A stretch of DNA of 64,000 nucleotides. It comes from Rhodosorus marinus CCMP1338. Lineage: Eukaryota; Plantae; Rhodophyta. The stretch covers positions 1,426,001-1,490,000 of the forward strand of contig JAMWBK010000010.1 in the NCBI GenBank assembly GCA_029953675.1, read 5' to 3'. Under the pieces are notes generated by a model. The model made no database searches and was not told where the DNA came from. It saw only the letters and a program-made list of their open reading frames with translations. This document shows, piece after piece, positions 1 to 11,498 of the stretch. The number at the start of each line of letters is the position of its first letter. Position 1 is the first letter of the stretch. The translations under genes were made by a program, and so were the position numbers.

Positions 1-205
1 TGTTGAGGGGACGGTTGGAGGTATGCTGGAGGAGTAAGTATATCTTGCAAAGGGTTTAGTAGTTTTCTTAGTTTTTGTTTTCCACGGGAGAGAACGAATT
101 TCTCTGTTGATTGGATTCTAGTTGGAGGTATCTTGGACAATTTAGTTTTTACACGTTGGAGGTTTTGTCGTTTGTCGCTGCGCTTTTTTTGTTGCGGGTC
201 GAATC

Positions 206-1090
206 ATGGGGTCGTTGGTGGATAGGAGACTTTGTGAGAGGCTTGGTGAGGGTGTTAGAGCTGGAGATTTGAGGAGCGGAGAGAAAATTTTGCATTTGAT
301 ACGTCATGGCCAGGGTTCGCACAATCTTGAGGCTTTGATGCAGAATTCTGTCTGCGTGTGCGCTACTGATGGGCGACCGAATTGCTGCTATAACAACCCT
401 GAACATTTTGATCCGCGTCTTACAGAGTGCGTAGTTTCTTGCTATTCTACGTTATGCAGGTTCTTATTTTTTGGTGATTGTTTTCTGAATGCTCCGCCTT
501 CCCCTTTTCATTTTGGAGTGAAGTCTTGGACGCGAGCAAGCGTCAAGTCTTAGCAAGCGTGGTCTTACTCCGGATTTGATTGTAGTGAGCCCGCTTACCC
601 GGACGCTGCAAACTGCTTCTCTCGCATTTCCAGAAACTAAGATACCCATGCTTGTCAAGGAGGACATTCGTGAAGTGCTTGGTCTTCATGAGTGTGACAG
701 ACGCAGGAAAATCTCGGAGGTCAGGAAGGACTTTCACTATCCCACTTTTGGAGATGAGCTGGACGAGGAAGACCTCAGATTCAAATCATATTATCCAGGT
801 TCGTTGAAGGCCTCAGGCTTCGTTCAAGCCTAGCACACCTGGTAGGCGCTAATCTCCGTCGATCTATCTGCGGTAAACTAACAGAGCTGGAGCCCCACGA
901 GCACGTTTGGAAGCGCGGAACGAATATATTGGACTGGATAGCGGAGAGACCTGAGAAAGAATTGGCACTCGTTACACACAGTGGTTTTCTTCGTAGGTTC
1001 ATCGTCGGTTCCGTGGCCTGCTACGATGATGACTTGAAACGGTCGTGGACGACGGGCGAGGCTCGCTCCGTTGTAATCACGTTTGATTAA
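206..1090 (+). CDS. Histidine phosphatase / phosphoglycerate-mutase-like protein, 3 exons (206-426, 524-798, 885-1090)
   Basis: LIRHGQG catalytic RHG motif, IVVSPLTRTLQTA, and ALVTHSGFL second His. GT-AG introns 427-523 and 799-884 keep the frame to TAA at 1088-1090. Confidence 0.87.
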
Positions 1091-1818
1091 CTTAATACTT
1101 TAGCCCAAGCCCCTCCTCCTTCGAATTCTCGAATATGTTGACTGCTACTTCCGTTGACGTCACTGTGCGCGGGAATTTGGTCCCACTTTAGACCCCAATT
1201 GTCCTTGTTTTCTCTTGACTTTTCAACTTTCTGTTCGCAAGAGACTGGTACGGCCTTGAGCGACAGACTGGCAACAATGTAAAACGCTACAGAAGCTTGC
1301 CCAGCCACGAAAACCAGACATCGCCTTTACTCAAAGAGAATAGTAGAACCCGGCTGAACGATCTGTTGAGACTACTGCTTCAAACGATTACAATGTTTCT
1401 GTTCACGAGTCTTCCGAGGACAGCGCAACTATCGGAACGGCCAAGCCTTGGGTTCAAGGATGTGACAAATGTTTCCTGGAATCATTGCCCATAAAAGAGG
1501 TTGCTGCATCAACGAAGGGGTGAGCACTTCTGTTCAGCTTGGATTAGAGAACAGTCCACGTAGGGTGCGACCACTCTTGTAGACCTCGGAGAGCTGTTTG
1601 CTTGAACAAATCTCTGACGACGATCTAAAACCGTAGATACATCTCGTTTCCGAGTTCAGCACCTATACTCGAAATAATCTGTATTATCGTCTTGGCTCGT
1701 TTGTCTCACCCCGAAGGCTCAGAACATGTCCACGTGCGTGAGTTAGCATGGTGTCCTAGGGAGAGGTTCTGTGCCAACGGGGTATCCACGTGATAAAAGC
1801 GAACATGAAGCCATCACT

Positions 1819-2130
1819 TGGGGTCGCCGTGAAACAAGTTGACTTGTCCTTTGGGGAATCACATGAGCAAAATTTTTTCAACCTGGGGTTCTATTGTGCA
1901 GTTGGGTTTCAATTGGTTCGTTCAGAGCCAGCGTAATAACGCAGCCGATCTACAACTGATGGAGTCTATAGACTCAGCACGAGCTCACTTCAAGAGCTGG
2001 TCGGTCTTACCGAGAAACTCTTCGCTGCGGGCACGATGGGCGCAGAAGACGTTTGGGACTCAGCAGCATCCCAAAACTATATCAGGTCTCACCTCAAGGA
2101 ACTAGAACCACACGAACGCCTCAGGAAGGT
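1819..2130 (+). pseudogene. Possible decayed, deletion-riddled copy of the upstream histidine phosphatase gene
   Basis: Collinear exact anchors to 207-915: tggggtcg (1819/207), aaaatttt (1869/284), actgatgg (1955/365), ggtcttac (2003/561), gaagac (2045/768). Codons for ELEPHE at 2099-2116 match exon 3 with mostly synonymous differences. The anchors are short. Confidence 0.4.
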
Positions 2131-2914
2131 GGACTAGAGATCCTAGTAGCGGGGTGACGTCTCAGCTCCTCTCCGTTACATAATCCTCATGATTTGTCCT
2201 GAGAAGCTAAGCCCACGACGTGGTGGAAGATTTCCGAACAGAGCCGCTCAAAGCCCAGGCTACCAACCAATCCAAGATCGTTCAGATCCTGGGCCGAGAA
2301 GGGCACGAACCCTGACCAACACGGTCGATTCACTCGTAACGAAATCGTTACAAAAAAATAATAGCAGTCAACTATAAAAAGTCTTCCTCGAGATCCAAAC
2401 CCACCCAATACAGCCAGTCCAGCTGCTCATCCCCATCCATTCCAAACCCCATATCAACACAACACACCCCTGTTCCCAAACCGCAAGCGGACGTCAACGC
2501 CCGAGACAACTAATTAGTACATTTCCAAATCCGATTTATATCATATACAATATAATAATACGATAAAAGAATTGTGTTTGAATATATTTAAGTTTTTGTA
2601 GCGTAAATATTGGTTTATATTATTACTATGTTTGTACTAAGATATTTCTGACAGTCCCGTACGAAGGGGAAGGGAATCAAAAGGGGGGGGGGGAGTGAGG
2701 TGTGGATGGAGTGGGGAAATTCTGTTACCTGGAAAGTCGATGAAGCAGAAGGGCTCTGCTATGAGTTGTTAGGGATCGTGGGGATGGTGTAGAGGGAGAG
2801 GAGGAGGTTATAGATACATAAATATATATGTTGAAGAAGGGCTTTTTTCTTTGAAGGGTATTGCGGAGTTTGTTTGTGGGCGATCGTGAGAGTTTAGTTG
2901 GAAATTTGGGAACA

Positions 2915-5216
2915 ATGTCGATCGCATTTGATGAGGCGGGTAGGCCGTTTATTATCGTGCGTGAGCAGGATAAAAAGGAGCGGTTGAAGGGGATCGAGGC
3001 GGTTAAGGTGAGGAAACCAGGGGTTCTTCGTTGCGTTTTGTTTGCTCTAGTATATTTCGTTTGAGGGCTGAGCGTGTTCGTGTGTATTTGTGCACTGGCG
3101 ATCGTTAAGGCGAACATCGCCGCAGCGAAGGCAGTCTCTAGAACGTTGAGAAGTTCGCTTGGGCCAAAAGGCATGGACAAGATGCTGCAGAATCAAGACG
3201 GGGAGGTTACTGTTACAAATGATGGGGCTACTATTCTTCAACAAATGGATTTACAGCATCAGATAGCAAAGTTGATGGTGGAGTTATCAAAAGCGCAGGT
3301 ACAGAGCTCAGCGGTCCGAAGCACTGCTCTCACCGCCATATAGAGTGAGTCTTTCTGCATCATATCTGCGGATGGTTCTAACCACCGGTTTTTCTGCTCC
3401 GCGGTTGTGAAGGATGACGAGATTGGCGATGGTACGACGGGGGTAGTTGTTCTCTGCGGCGCTCTACTCGAACGAGCAGAACGGCTCATTGACCAAGGAA
3501 TTCACCCCAGTAGAGTTTCTGAAGGATACGAAACTGCTTGCGACTTAAGTACGGAGCTATTGGCGAGAATTTCCGACGAGATAACTCTGAACGATACCAA
3601 GTTGACGGAGATGAAGAAAGTAGCTATGACAACGTTAAACTCCAAGATCGTCAACCGTTTCAAGGACAAACTTGCGGACATATGCGTCAGCGCTGTGACA
3701 TCGGTTGCAGACTTTGAGCGGAAGGACGTCAACTTGGATTTGATTAAAGTAGAAGGGAAGGTTGGAGGCAAGCTGGAGGACACGGTGAGAATCGCTTTGC
3801 GAATTTCTCAAACGATCAAAGAGCAATAAGAGCTGGAACTGACGAGATTTGTGTCCGGCGAATATGCGTTTTAACCAGAATCTAGTCAATGGAATTCTCG
3901 CAATCGACAAGGACTTCTCTCATCCTCAAATGCCGAGGCGCGTGGAAGACGCCAAAATCTGTATCCTTACCTGTCCTTTTGAGCCCCCAAAGCCCAAAAC
4001 GAAGCACAAGCTGGAGATCGATTCAGTGGAAAAGTATAAGGACATGCAGAAAGCGGAAATGGAGTACTTTCAGGACATGGTTAAGAAGGTTAAGGACTCG
4101 GGTAAGGCCTGAAGATTACCTTTAGAAAAGCTTTTATTGCTGCAGCGGAGCTGAAGCGAATGCCACTTCATCCTTTCAGGTGCTAACCTGGTGATTTGTC
4201 AATGGGGATTCGATGATGAGGCCAACCATCTCCTTTACAAGGCGGGGCTCCCTGCTGTTCGATGGGTTGGCGGAGTTGAGATTGAATTGATCGCGCTTGC
4301 GACAGGTGGGCGAATTATTCCTAGATTTTCAGAGATTTCACCGGAAAAGTTGGGCCGTGCTGGTGTTGTAAAGGAAGTGCACTTTGGGACTACTCGAGAT
4401 AGGATGATCGTCCTCGGTAAGTTGAATCGGCTTCGGTGCTTGCCGTGCAAACGTTTTTTGAGACCTCACAGCGCTCTCTTAATGCGACGTTGTTTTAGAG
4501 GATTGCGCAAAGTCCAAAGCCGTGACAATTTTCGTGCGTGGTGGAAACCAGATGATTCTAGAGGAAGCAAAGCGCAGCATCCATGATGCTTTGTGTATAG
4601 TCAGGAACCTCGTTGTGGTATGTGGCCAACAAGGCATCCTTTGCTAGAGGAGTACTTACTTGATATGCGTTCATTGCAAGCCATTGTTGCGGTCCGCCTT
4701 GTGGAAACGTGCTGATGCTGTACTTCTAACCGTGATCCATCAACAAAAACAGGATAATCGAATTGTTTACGGAGGCGGTGCTGCAGAAATCGCCTGCTCA
4801 AATTACGTTGCCGAAAAGATGAACGAAATTCCGGGTGTAGAACAGCACGCTGTTGGTGCGTTCAGCGAGGCTTTGGACAGTGTCGTGATGGCGCTAGCGG
4901 AGAACTCGGGACTCAACCCAATCGAAAGCTTGGGTGAAATCAAAGCCCGTCAGGTACAGTTCGGTCGCTCTTCAACAGGAAGAATAGATTGTTGGCTCTG
5001 GATTTTCTAACAGATATCGCGTTCCTCACCCTCCAGGCAAATGAAAAGAACGCACATCTTGGAATTGACTGTATGGGCCTTGGCGAAAGTGACATGAAAA
5101 AGCAGAGCGTTTTCGAATCGCTGCAGAGCAAGCAGAAGCAACTTCAACATGCCACCCAAATGTGCCGAATGATTCTAAAAATCGATGATGTCATTCAGCC
5201 CTCCCGGTATGAATAG
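2915..5216 (+). CDS. CCT5: T-complex protein 1 subunit epsilon (chaperonin CCT5), 8 exons
   Basis: [14 protein letters not shown] start, [61 protein letters not shown] and [10 protein letters not shown]. Introns 3007-3109, 3299-3412, 3785-3878, 4102-4179, 4416-4498, 4618-4752, 4954-5036. Confidence 0.97.
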
Positions 5217-5435
5217 GACCACTTGTATCTCACGAAACCCTGCGTCGTCCCAGAAAGGGGGCTCTAGACCACAGCCGCTTGAAGCGCAAGCTCCAATTTT
5301 GCTTGGACTTTAAAAAGGTCTTACCGTTTGCCCTCTCCTCGGAGGAAGGGTATTTTACAGAATTAGCAATCGCACAAGTTAACTAGTTAGCCCTGAAAAA
5401 AAAAAAGCTACAACGCAACATAACGTGAAAACACT

Positions 5436-7660
5436 CTAGAGCTCTCGCAGCAGTTCTTCAACTTCCCGTTTTCCTCTCTGAATTCCGTGCTTGACGTAGC
5501 TTCGCTGGGAGAGCTGAAAAGCCCGCTTCGCCTCATTAGGCATGCCAAGTGAGACCATGGCTGTCCCAAGTTCCTGCAGGGACGAGAGATGAATTGGTTA
5601 ACAACCCTTGATCTGTTTTCAGTTGCTGCAGCTTTGGAACACCCACCTGTAGAATCTGACCTTCGAGATACTCGTAGTTCTTGTAGGGTAATGTACATTT
5701 CTGCAAATGCTCCAAAGCGCTGATCAGCGTTTTCTTTGCACCCTGAAACCTCTTCTGGTTTGTCATCATGTGTCCGAGGTGTGCCAGCGCATTTGCGTAT
5801 TCGCGCGAGTTTTCCATCCCGTTGAGTTCCAGCATCCTCAGTTGCTTCAGAAACTCCTTCTCAGCGTTTTCGTAGTCTCCAATATGCATCAAAGTCTCTG
5901 CCACTACCTGTGTTCCAATAAAAGAAAGCAGACCTGCTCAATACCAACACATTCCGCGTCGGCGCGCGCATACAAAACCCCCGAGCAAGGATTTCTACCC
6001 TGTGGATGAAGCTGATCTCCTACCCCAAGACAGAGAGCGTAAGGAACACTTCCAGCCTCTTTGTTTCCGTCTCGCACGCGGAGGCTTTTCTTTGCGTGGA
6101 CGAGTGCCTCCCCATGTTTACCGACTTCGTTGTAGACCCTCGCGAGATTTTGATCGACGACGGATATCTCGAAGATAAGTTCTCGCTTCTCCTCTGGGGA
6201 CTTTGAGTTTTCTCGAAGCCCTTGCAATACTTTTCCAGCAGCGAGAAGAGGCGCCATCGCATCGACGTAGTTCAGACCGTCAATCTGTGCTCGAGCGAAT
6301 GCAAACAAAAGTCTCGCTGAATAGAGGCTCTTTTCTCGAGTTCCGCTTTCTCCGCTGCAAGTTTTCGAGAATACTTCAATAGCTCTGGAGTAGATTTTCA
6401 GCCTACTCTCGGAGTCCAGCGTGTAGCCTGTCCAAGGTCCAAGAGAATTATTTACGGGTCAGAACGCGAACGCGAGCGCGAGCAATGTGCACACCACCAA
6501 GCCATTTTCGAGGTACGCACGCAGTAAATATGAGCCTGTCAGCCATATGTTGTTGAATTTGGGCATCTCGCGGGCCAGTTCGAAAGCATATAAAATATTG
6601 CTCCGCTCCTGTTCAAACCTGGTCGTTCCAGTGGAATAACTTCTCATGCTGTCGCTCTTCCGCGAAAGCCCTTCAATGTGAGCGAGCTCGTTGAGCATGA
6701 AAGACACAAACGCCTCAGTGGCTTCGGCCATATCAACTCCAGTCCCTTCCTGCTTTTTGATTAGAAAATTATGAACCTACGCATTGCCACTAAAATCAGT
6801 CACGACGTCTACGCGCACCCGCAACGCCAAGGTGGCCCACTCTAGCGTGTTTCTGCGCCAGCAGCCACTTACCCTCTCGTTCATTTCAAGCCTATAAGTG
6901 CTCGAGTTCAGGATCAGCATTCCGCTGTCGGTTAGATCAGACAAGAGATCATTTCTTGACCTCGGGTCTTCGGATCCCTTCAACCACTTGTAGATAGCAA
7001 CCGCGCCATCAACCGAAAGTGAATCGCGAAACAGCGTGAACCCCAACAGCGCGTGCTGCATGCTGCTGGGGAGGTTGTTCCACATTTTCTCCACCTGGTC
7101 TACAAAATGTTTAGAGGTCCTCAGCGGGGAGCCCCCCAGTCCAGCTTGTAATTGTCCCCGTTTTGGCAAGTGTGAGCTTCCTCTCCGGACAAGCACCTTG
7201 GATGACCCCGCCCATCCACCTCCTCCAGACCCCGCGGAGTCGCCAGATTCGCCGACTCTCTATTAAAATCCCGCAGAAAATACACCCCTGGTCAGCCCTG
7301 ATCGAGGAACATAAACTACAATCTGTCCTTGGACGATAAGCGTTAAACTATGTGGTGGTTTGGACCTACCGTGCTACGTCTGGAATCGGCACTGTCCTCA
7401 GCCGAGCTCGCTTTTTGCTTCTTAAATACGGTTCCACTCGTTCCAACATGCTCCTGGGAATCACTCTGCCTGCGAGTAATCTCGCTTACTAGCTCATGCG
7501 CTCGTTTTCTTCTGGCAGTGTCGGAAGGTCCGAGGATAACATGGTCGGGTTGAGGTGGACTCACCTCCTCATAGGCATCCGGATCATGATTTAACAGATT
7601 CACGATCTTGATTTGATCCTGTTTCCGGTCAGCGCCATCCATCACTTTAACCAATATCAT
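5436..7660 (-). CDS. Multi-exon protein with low-complexity N-terminus, STAND-type winged-helix/helical region and C-terminal TPR repeats
   Basis: LPSSMQHALLGFTLFRDSLSVDGAVAI, LLSDLTDSGML..YRL and RFEQERSNILYAFELA resemble the post-NTPase region of NB-ARC-TPR proteins. TPR-like helices follow (LARVYNEVGKHGEALVHAKKSL, LAHLGHMMTNQKRFQGAKKTL). Last exon ends EELLREL* at 5436. Start is ATG 7660 or 7642. Confidence 0.72.
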
Positions 7661-8376
7661 TTCCTCACAACCAAGCCCCCATTGCCCCGACCCAATGTCA
7701 ACCACGCAGCTCTTAAAACATGTCCGCAAAACCTACAATCGAGAGCGAGAGATCGTCCCTACACTACAGCACCCTTCACCGAACGTCATTCCCTTCAAAC
7801 AAAGAACATTTTCCCACTGCAACAACCTGCTCAGAACTGATCAAATCACCAAACACTTTTTCCATCTATGAAAGACAACCAAATTTGCGGTGGGCTTTGA
7901 CGTTCATCACTCTCCACAAAATCCAACATAGACTCGATAAACATCAATTTCTCAGTGATAAGAAGACCTAGTTCATCTATCCTACCCCCTCCCCTCCCCA
8001 CAAACCCTTTCCATTCTCCATTCCACCCATTTTCTCCCCCCGCGGGTACCTTTTTCCGTTCTCAACGAGTGTGTTTGTGTGTACACCCTTGTTTTCGTTG
8101 ACAGGAAACAAACAAAAATCGGATATATAGAGCGGGCCTTGATTTTTGGTAAAACAATATTCGTTTCTTATGTTCACTTTGCACCCCTCAAAAAAGAGGA
8201 TCAACGACACACAACCCCTTCGATGGATAGGAGAAATACGTAGTGTAATTACATTATGCTTTAGGGGATAAACACTGTGTTGGGAGACTTGTCAGGCGGC
8301 TCGACGCTTAGAACTTTTTGAGGCTGTTTTCGCGTCGCGGGCACACGCAGGTTTTGACTCTTTTGTCTGCAGTATT

Positions 8377-8487
8377 TAAAAAGCTCTTGCTTTGCAACGC
8401 TGCCTTGGTTTTAGAGCCCCAATCTCTCTGTTTAAGGTCGTTTTCCTTTTCTAAGGGCTGATTGTCTCTGAATAGAACGATGGGTCC
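8377..8487 (-). mobile_element. Possible decayed Ty1/copia RNase H fragment
   Basis: GPIVLFRDNQ...SKTKAALQSKSFL resembles the copia pattern PxxLFCDNQ...RTKHIDxxxHF[IL] with similar spacing. Confidence 0.35.
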
Positions 8488-8760
8488 CACTGGCTCCCCA
8501 TAATGATTGGGGCAAAAAAGACAGTATATTTCGATCGGCGGTGATACCAAAATCAAGCAAAAGGGGTAAAAATTCTTACATCCTTCCCGCAGATGATCCG
8601 GTTGTTTGCATAGTTTCATTGCCTTGGCGAATCTCGGGTGTACGAGGATCTTCTTGGCCTCGGTTCATGACGGTGGGAACAAGGAGCCCCTTTGGCGAGA
8701 TGAGGTCGACATTGATTGTAAATGTACTCGAGTTCTCTTGGATGTGGGGCGATATGTACC

Positions 8761-8937
8761 CCGATTTTTTTCGGGAATGAAAATGGACACCTTGCCTTCA
8801 AGCTGTGGAGACTGAAGGTGGAAACATATCTAGATTATAGAGGGGTAGAGGGGGAGGAAACCTTGCCTCGGGCAAGGAGGAGAGGAAATGCACGAGCAAT
8901 CCTCATATCAATTGTGGACAATGCAGCTCTTGAGGTC
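8761..8937 (+). mobile_element. Decayed Ty1/copia gag N-terminal fragment
   Basis: PIFFGNENGHLAFKLWRLKVETYLDYRG...ARAILISIVDNAALEV resembles copia gag (PxFxG..[YF]xxWxxK[MV]ExYL...AxxxIxxxVxD). No intact pol or LTR seen. Confidence 0.5.
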
Positions 8938-9886
8938 ACCAGCCCAAGATCTACCCGGGCAGAAATTGGATTCTTGAGGTGTACTGTTGAATCAGCGGCG
9001 CCCACGCCGTAGTTTCCCGCCTCATCGCACTGGAAGTTGTTCACTTAGCATTCTCACCCCACTCAGGCTCTCCGCAAGAAGTTTGGTACGCAGATCAGGC
9101 AAATCGAACGGTATGGTAAATTTGCGCCGCTCTATCAATCACTTTGTCCCAAGAGTGAATTTTAAAACCCCCAGCAGAAGCACTGTCCACACAACTGGCC
9201 CATGGAACTCTTCTCGAAGAGTGGGTGCTTCTCGAAACGCGAATATCTTCAGTCACACAATTTGCCAGGCATTCTGACTTTGGATTTTAAGGAGAGCATA
9301 ACCGCTACAATATGTGCGAGGTAGTTCGTTCATTCTGCAGCCGATACTTCGGCAAAAAAAATCCAGACTGGCTCCTGGCTTTGTTAGAACGATATACACG
9401 TACAGGACAAGCGTCCATACTTTTTGGCTTTTGAAGTAGATAGTTAGACCTGACTCTGCTCCTTTCGTCAGAGCTTCACAACCCAAAACCCACCAGGTGC
9501 AGTGTGGAAATATATATTCCAAAACAATTGCCATAGAATTTGTCATAATTCTAAAAATAGGGCGGGCGAACATGTCAGTGGCAGGGAGGGTCACTGGTTG
9601 AGCAAACAACACTTCTGCTCTATATCTGTGTGGTAAGAAAATATCAAAATAGGAAGAAAAGCTGGGCTGCGCGGAAATACGTTTGTGTGCTTGGCGGAAG
9701 GAACTTGTCGTTATGGAGGTTTGTTCCGAGCAGATCTGCAAAATCTTCAGCTTTTTCCCGTTGCGCAATTCTTGGCCAAGAGTTCCGCTTGCGAAAGAAC
9801 ATGCATGGTTTTCGGGTAAGAAGCGTAAACCATTCCTCACAACCCTCTCTATCTGGACTGCTTGTAGGTCGTCACAAACATCTGTT

Positions 9887-10616
9887 TCTGCTTTTCCTCC
9901 TCAAGATCGAGAGTGGTCAACTCTGAGCAGTCACTTGTGGCAGCCTGGGGTCTCTTGAGGGTAGGGGTGTTACTTTTCTCGAAGATGGCTTCCGTGAGCA
10001 CCAGTCCGCACTCTCCGGTATGTACACGACTTTGAGCTTCGTGTTGTAGCGAACGAACGCCGCATCAAGCGCAATCGGTAGTTAAGTGCTCTCGGAGTAG
10101 TTAGTCTCTGATACGTGTGCTTGGTTTGTCTTTTTCTGAAGCGCCCCCAGAAAGTGCAAGTAAACGCAACCGTCCCTTCGGCTTGGCTCTTTAGTTCCTA
10201 CAGTTGTAGCTCGTCGCATTCCGCCCTGAGTAGCGCTTAAGCCTAGGTTTATAAATTCAAAGGTGTGCGTGTAGCTCCGGTGGGACTGCTGACGTTGTGT
10301 GCTCTACTTCGAGACACGTATTCGAGGGATAACAGTGCCGAGATTGGTGTGGCGAAGCGAGCTTTTCAGCGCTCCTCGCGAAACTTCGCATGCACGGAAA
10401 TCAGAGGGGTGAGTAGGAGGTTGAAGAACTTTTGGGAGAGCTCTACCGCGTTTTCATGTTTCTATTGCGTTGCACCATTTTCGGGGTATCTAGGTAGAGC
10501 GAACGCTCTGCTCCCGCAACACGTTGAGAAATCACTCCAAGCCTCATTCATGGGGTGAGCCAATCACAGGATCAAGGCTTCGGGACGTCGCCCTACGTAT
10601 CGGCTAGAAAGCGCAC
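9887..10616. repeat. Mosaic of decayed fragments copied from the adjacent MCM5 gene, in both orientations
   Basis: Inverted: 9887-9928 vs 12478-12519 (38/42); 10134-10163 vs 12425-12454 (24/30); 10261-10305 vs 12378-12425 (37/45, one 3-nt gap). Direct: 10543-10605 vs 13843-13905 (48/63 ungapped); accagtccgcac near 10000 vs 13772. Confidence 0.85.
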
Positions 10617-10727
10617 AAGAATAAAGAACGTGCTTTTTATGAAAGGTCCCAATGCCGCAAAACACCAAATCGTGGTCGTGCGGGTAACTCGCTAGTTTTT
10701 CGATAACATCCCAGCTGAAAAATTAAC

Positions 10728-11206
10728 GCGGGAAGCTGATACTCTATGCGCGGGAAAATAGATTTGTATTGGTAAAAAACTATTTCTACAAAATTATGCT
10801 TTTCGGGGATCATAAATATTGAATAATTTCTTACTTCCTTTAAGGCTTTTTCGTAAAATTGGTCGGATTTTTTTTTTGGTAAACGTGTGAAACAGCAGGC
10901 ACCCTGAAACACATGTTTTAAAACGTCTGAGAAAATTCAACAACAAATAAAGATTTCGCGATCGACCGAAACCAAGGTAACCCAAGGCCGAGGTATGGAC
11001 AAATGTAATCAGCCACTCTCATGATTAACGTTCTTCCTACCCCCTGCTAAGTTTCCTCCATTTGAAAAGTTTTTAAAAAACAGAAATATTTAAGCTTACT
11101 TTTGGTCGGTAGGGGAAAACTGGTTTGATCCATTTTGGGGGGGTTCGGTATTAGACTTGTTTGAGGTTTTTGCCGTTATTTTTTTGGATATCCTCGGCGC
11201 GGGAAG
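10728..11206. promoter_or_regulatory. E2F-like sites upstream of MCM5
   Basis: GCGGGAAA at 10750-10757 (reverse complement of TTTCCCGC); GCGGGAAG at 10728-10735 and 11199-11206. Confidence 0.5.
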
Positions 11207-11498
11207 ATGACCTGGATGTGTTAGTGATGTGGGCATAAGACTTGAGGGGGAAGGGAAAGGTGGACGTAGGCAAGCTGGTGGGGTTGACCGGGTGGAGCAG
11301 CGTTGTTGTATGATTCACGGGGCTGAAGGACATGAAATGGAGTATTTGTATTTGAGGTTGAGTTTCTGATTGGGAAGGTGTATATGCGTAAGGGGAATCT
11401 CTCTATTTTCGGGGAGGGGGTGGGGGGAGACGCTTGCTAGCTTGTTTAGCTCTGTGAGGATTTTTGAGAAGGTTTCGGAGTAAAAATAACGTGGTACG

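Noticed and set aside
1087-1308. Minus-strand 73-aa ORF whose stop overlaps the phosphatase stop
   Set aside because: Non-ATG start, stops in the upstream frames and no recognisable family, so it cannot be supported as a gene.
8542-8549. TGGTATCA on the minus strand, resembling a tRNA-iMet primer-binding site
   Set aside because: Only 8 of 12 bases match, there is no adjacent LTR, and it sits next to an RNase H fragment rather than gag.
9887-10616. Short interleaved segments superficially like CRISPR spacers
   Set aside because: No conserved direct repeat and no cas genes; the context is eukaryotic.
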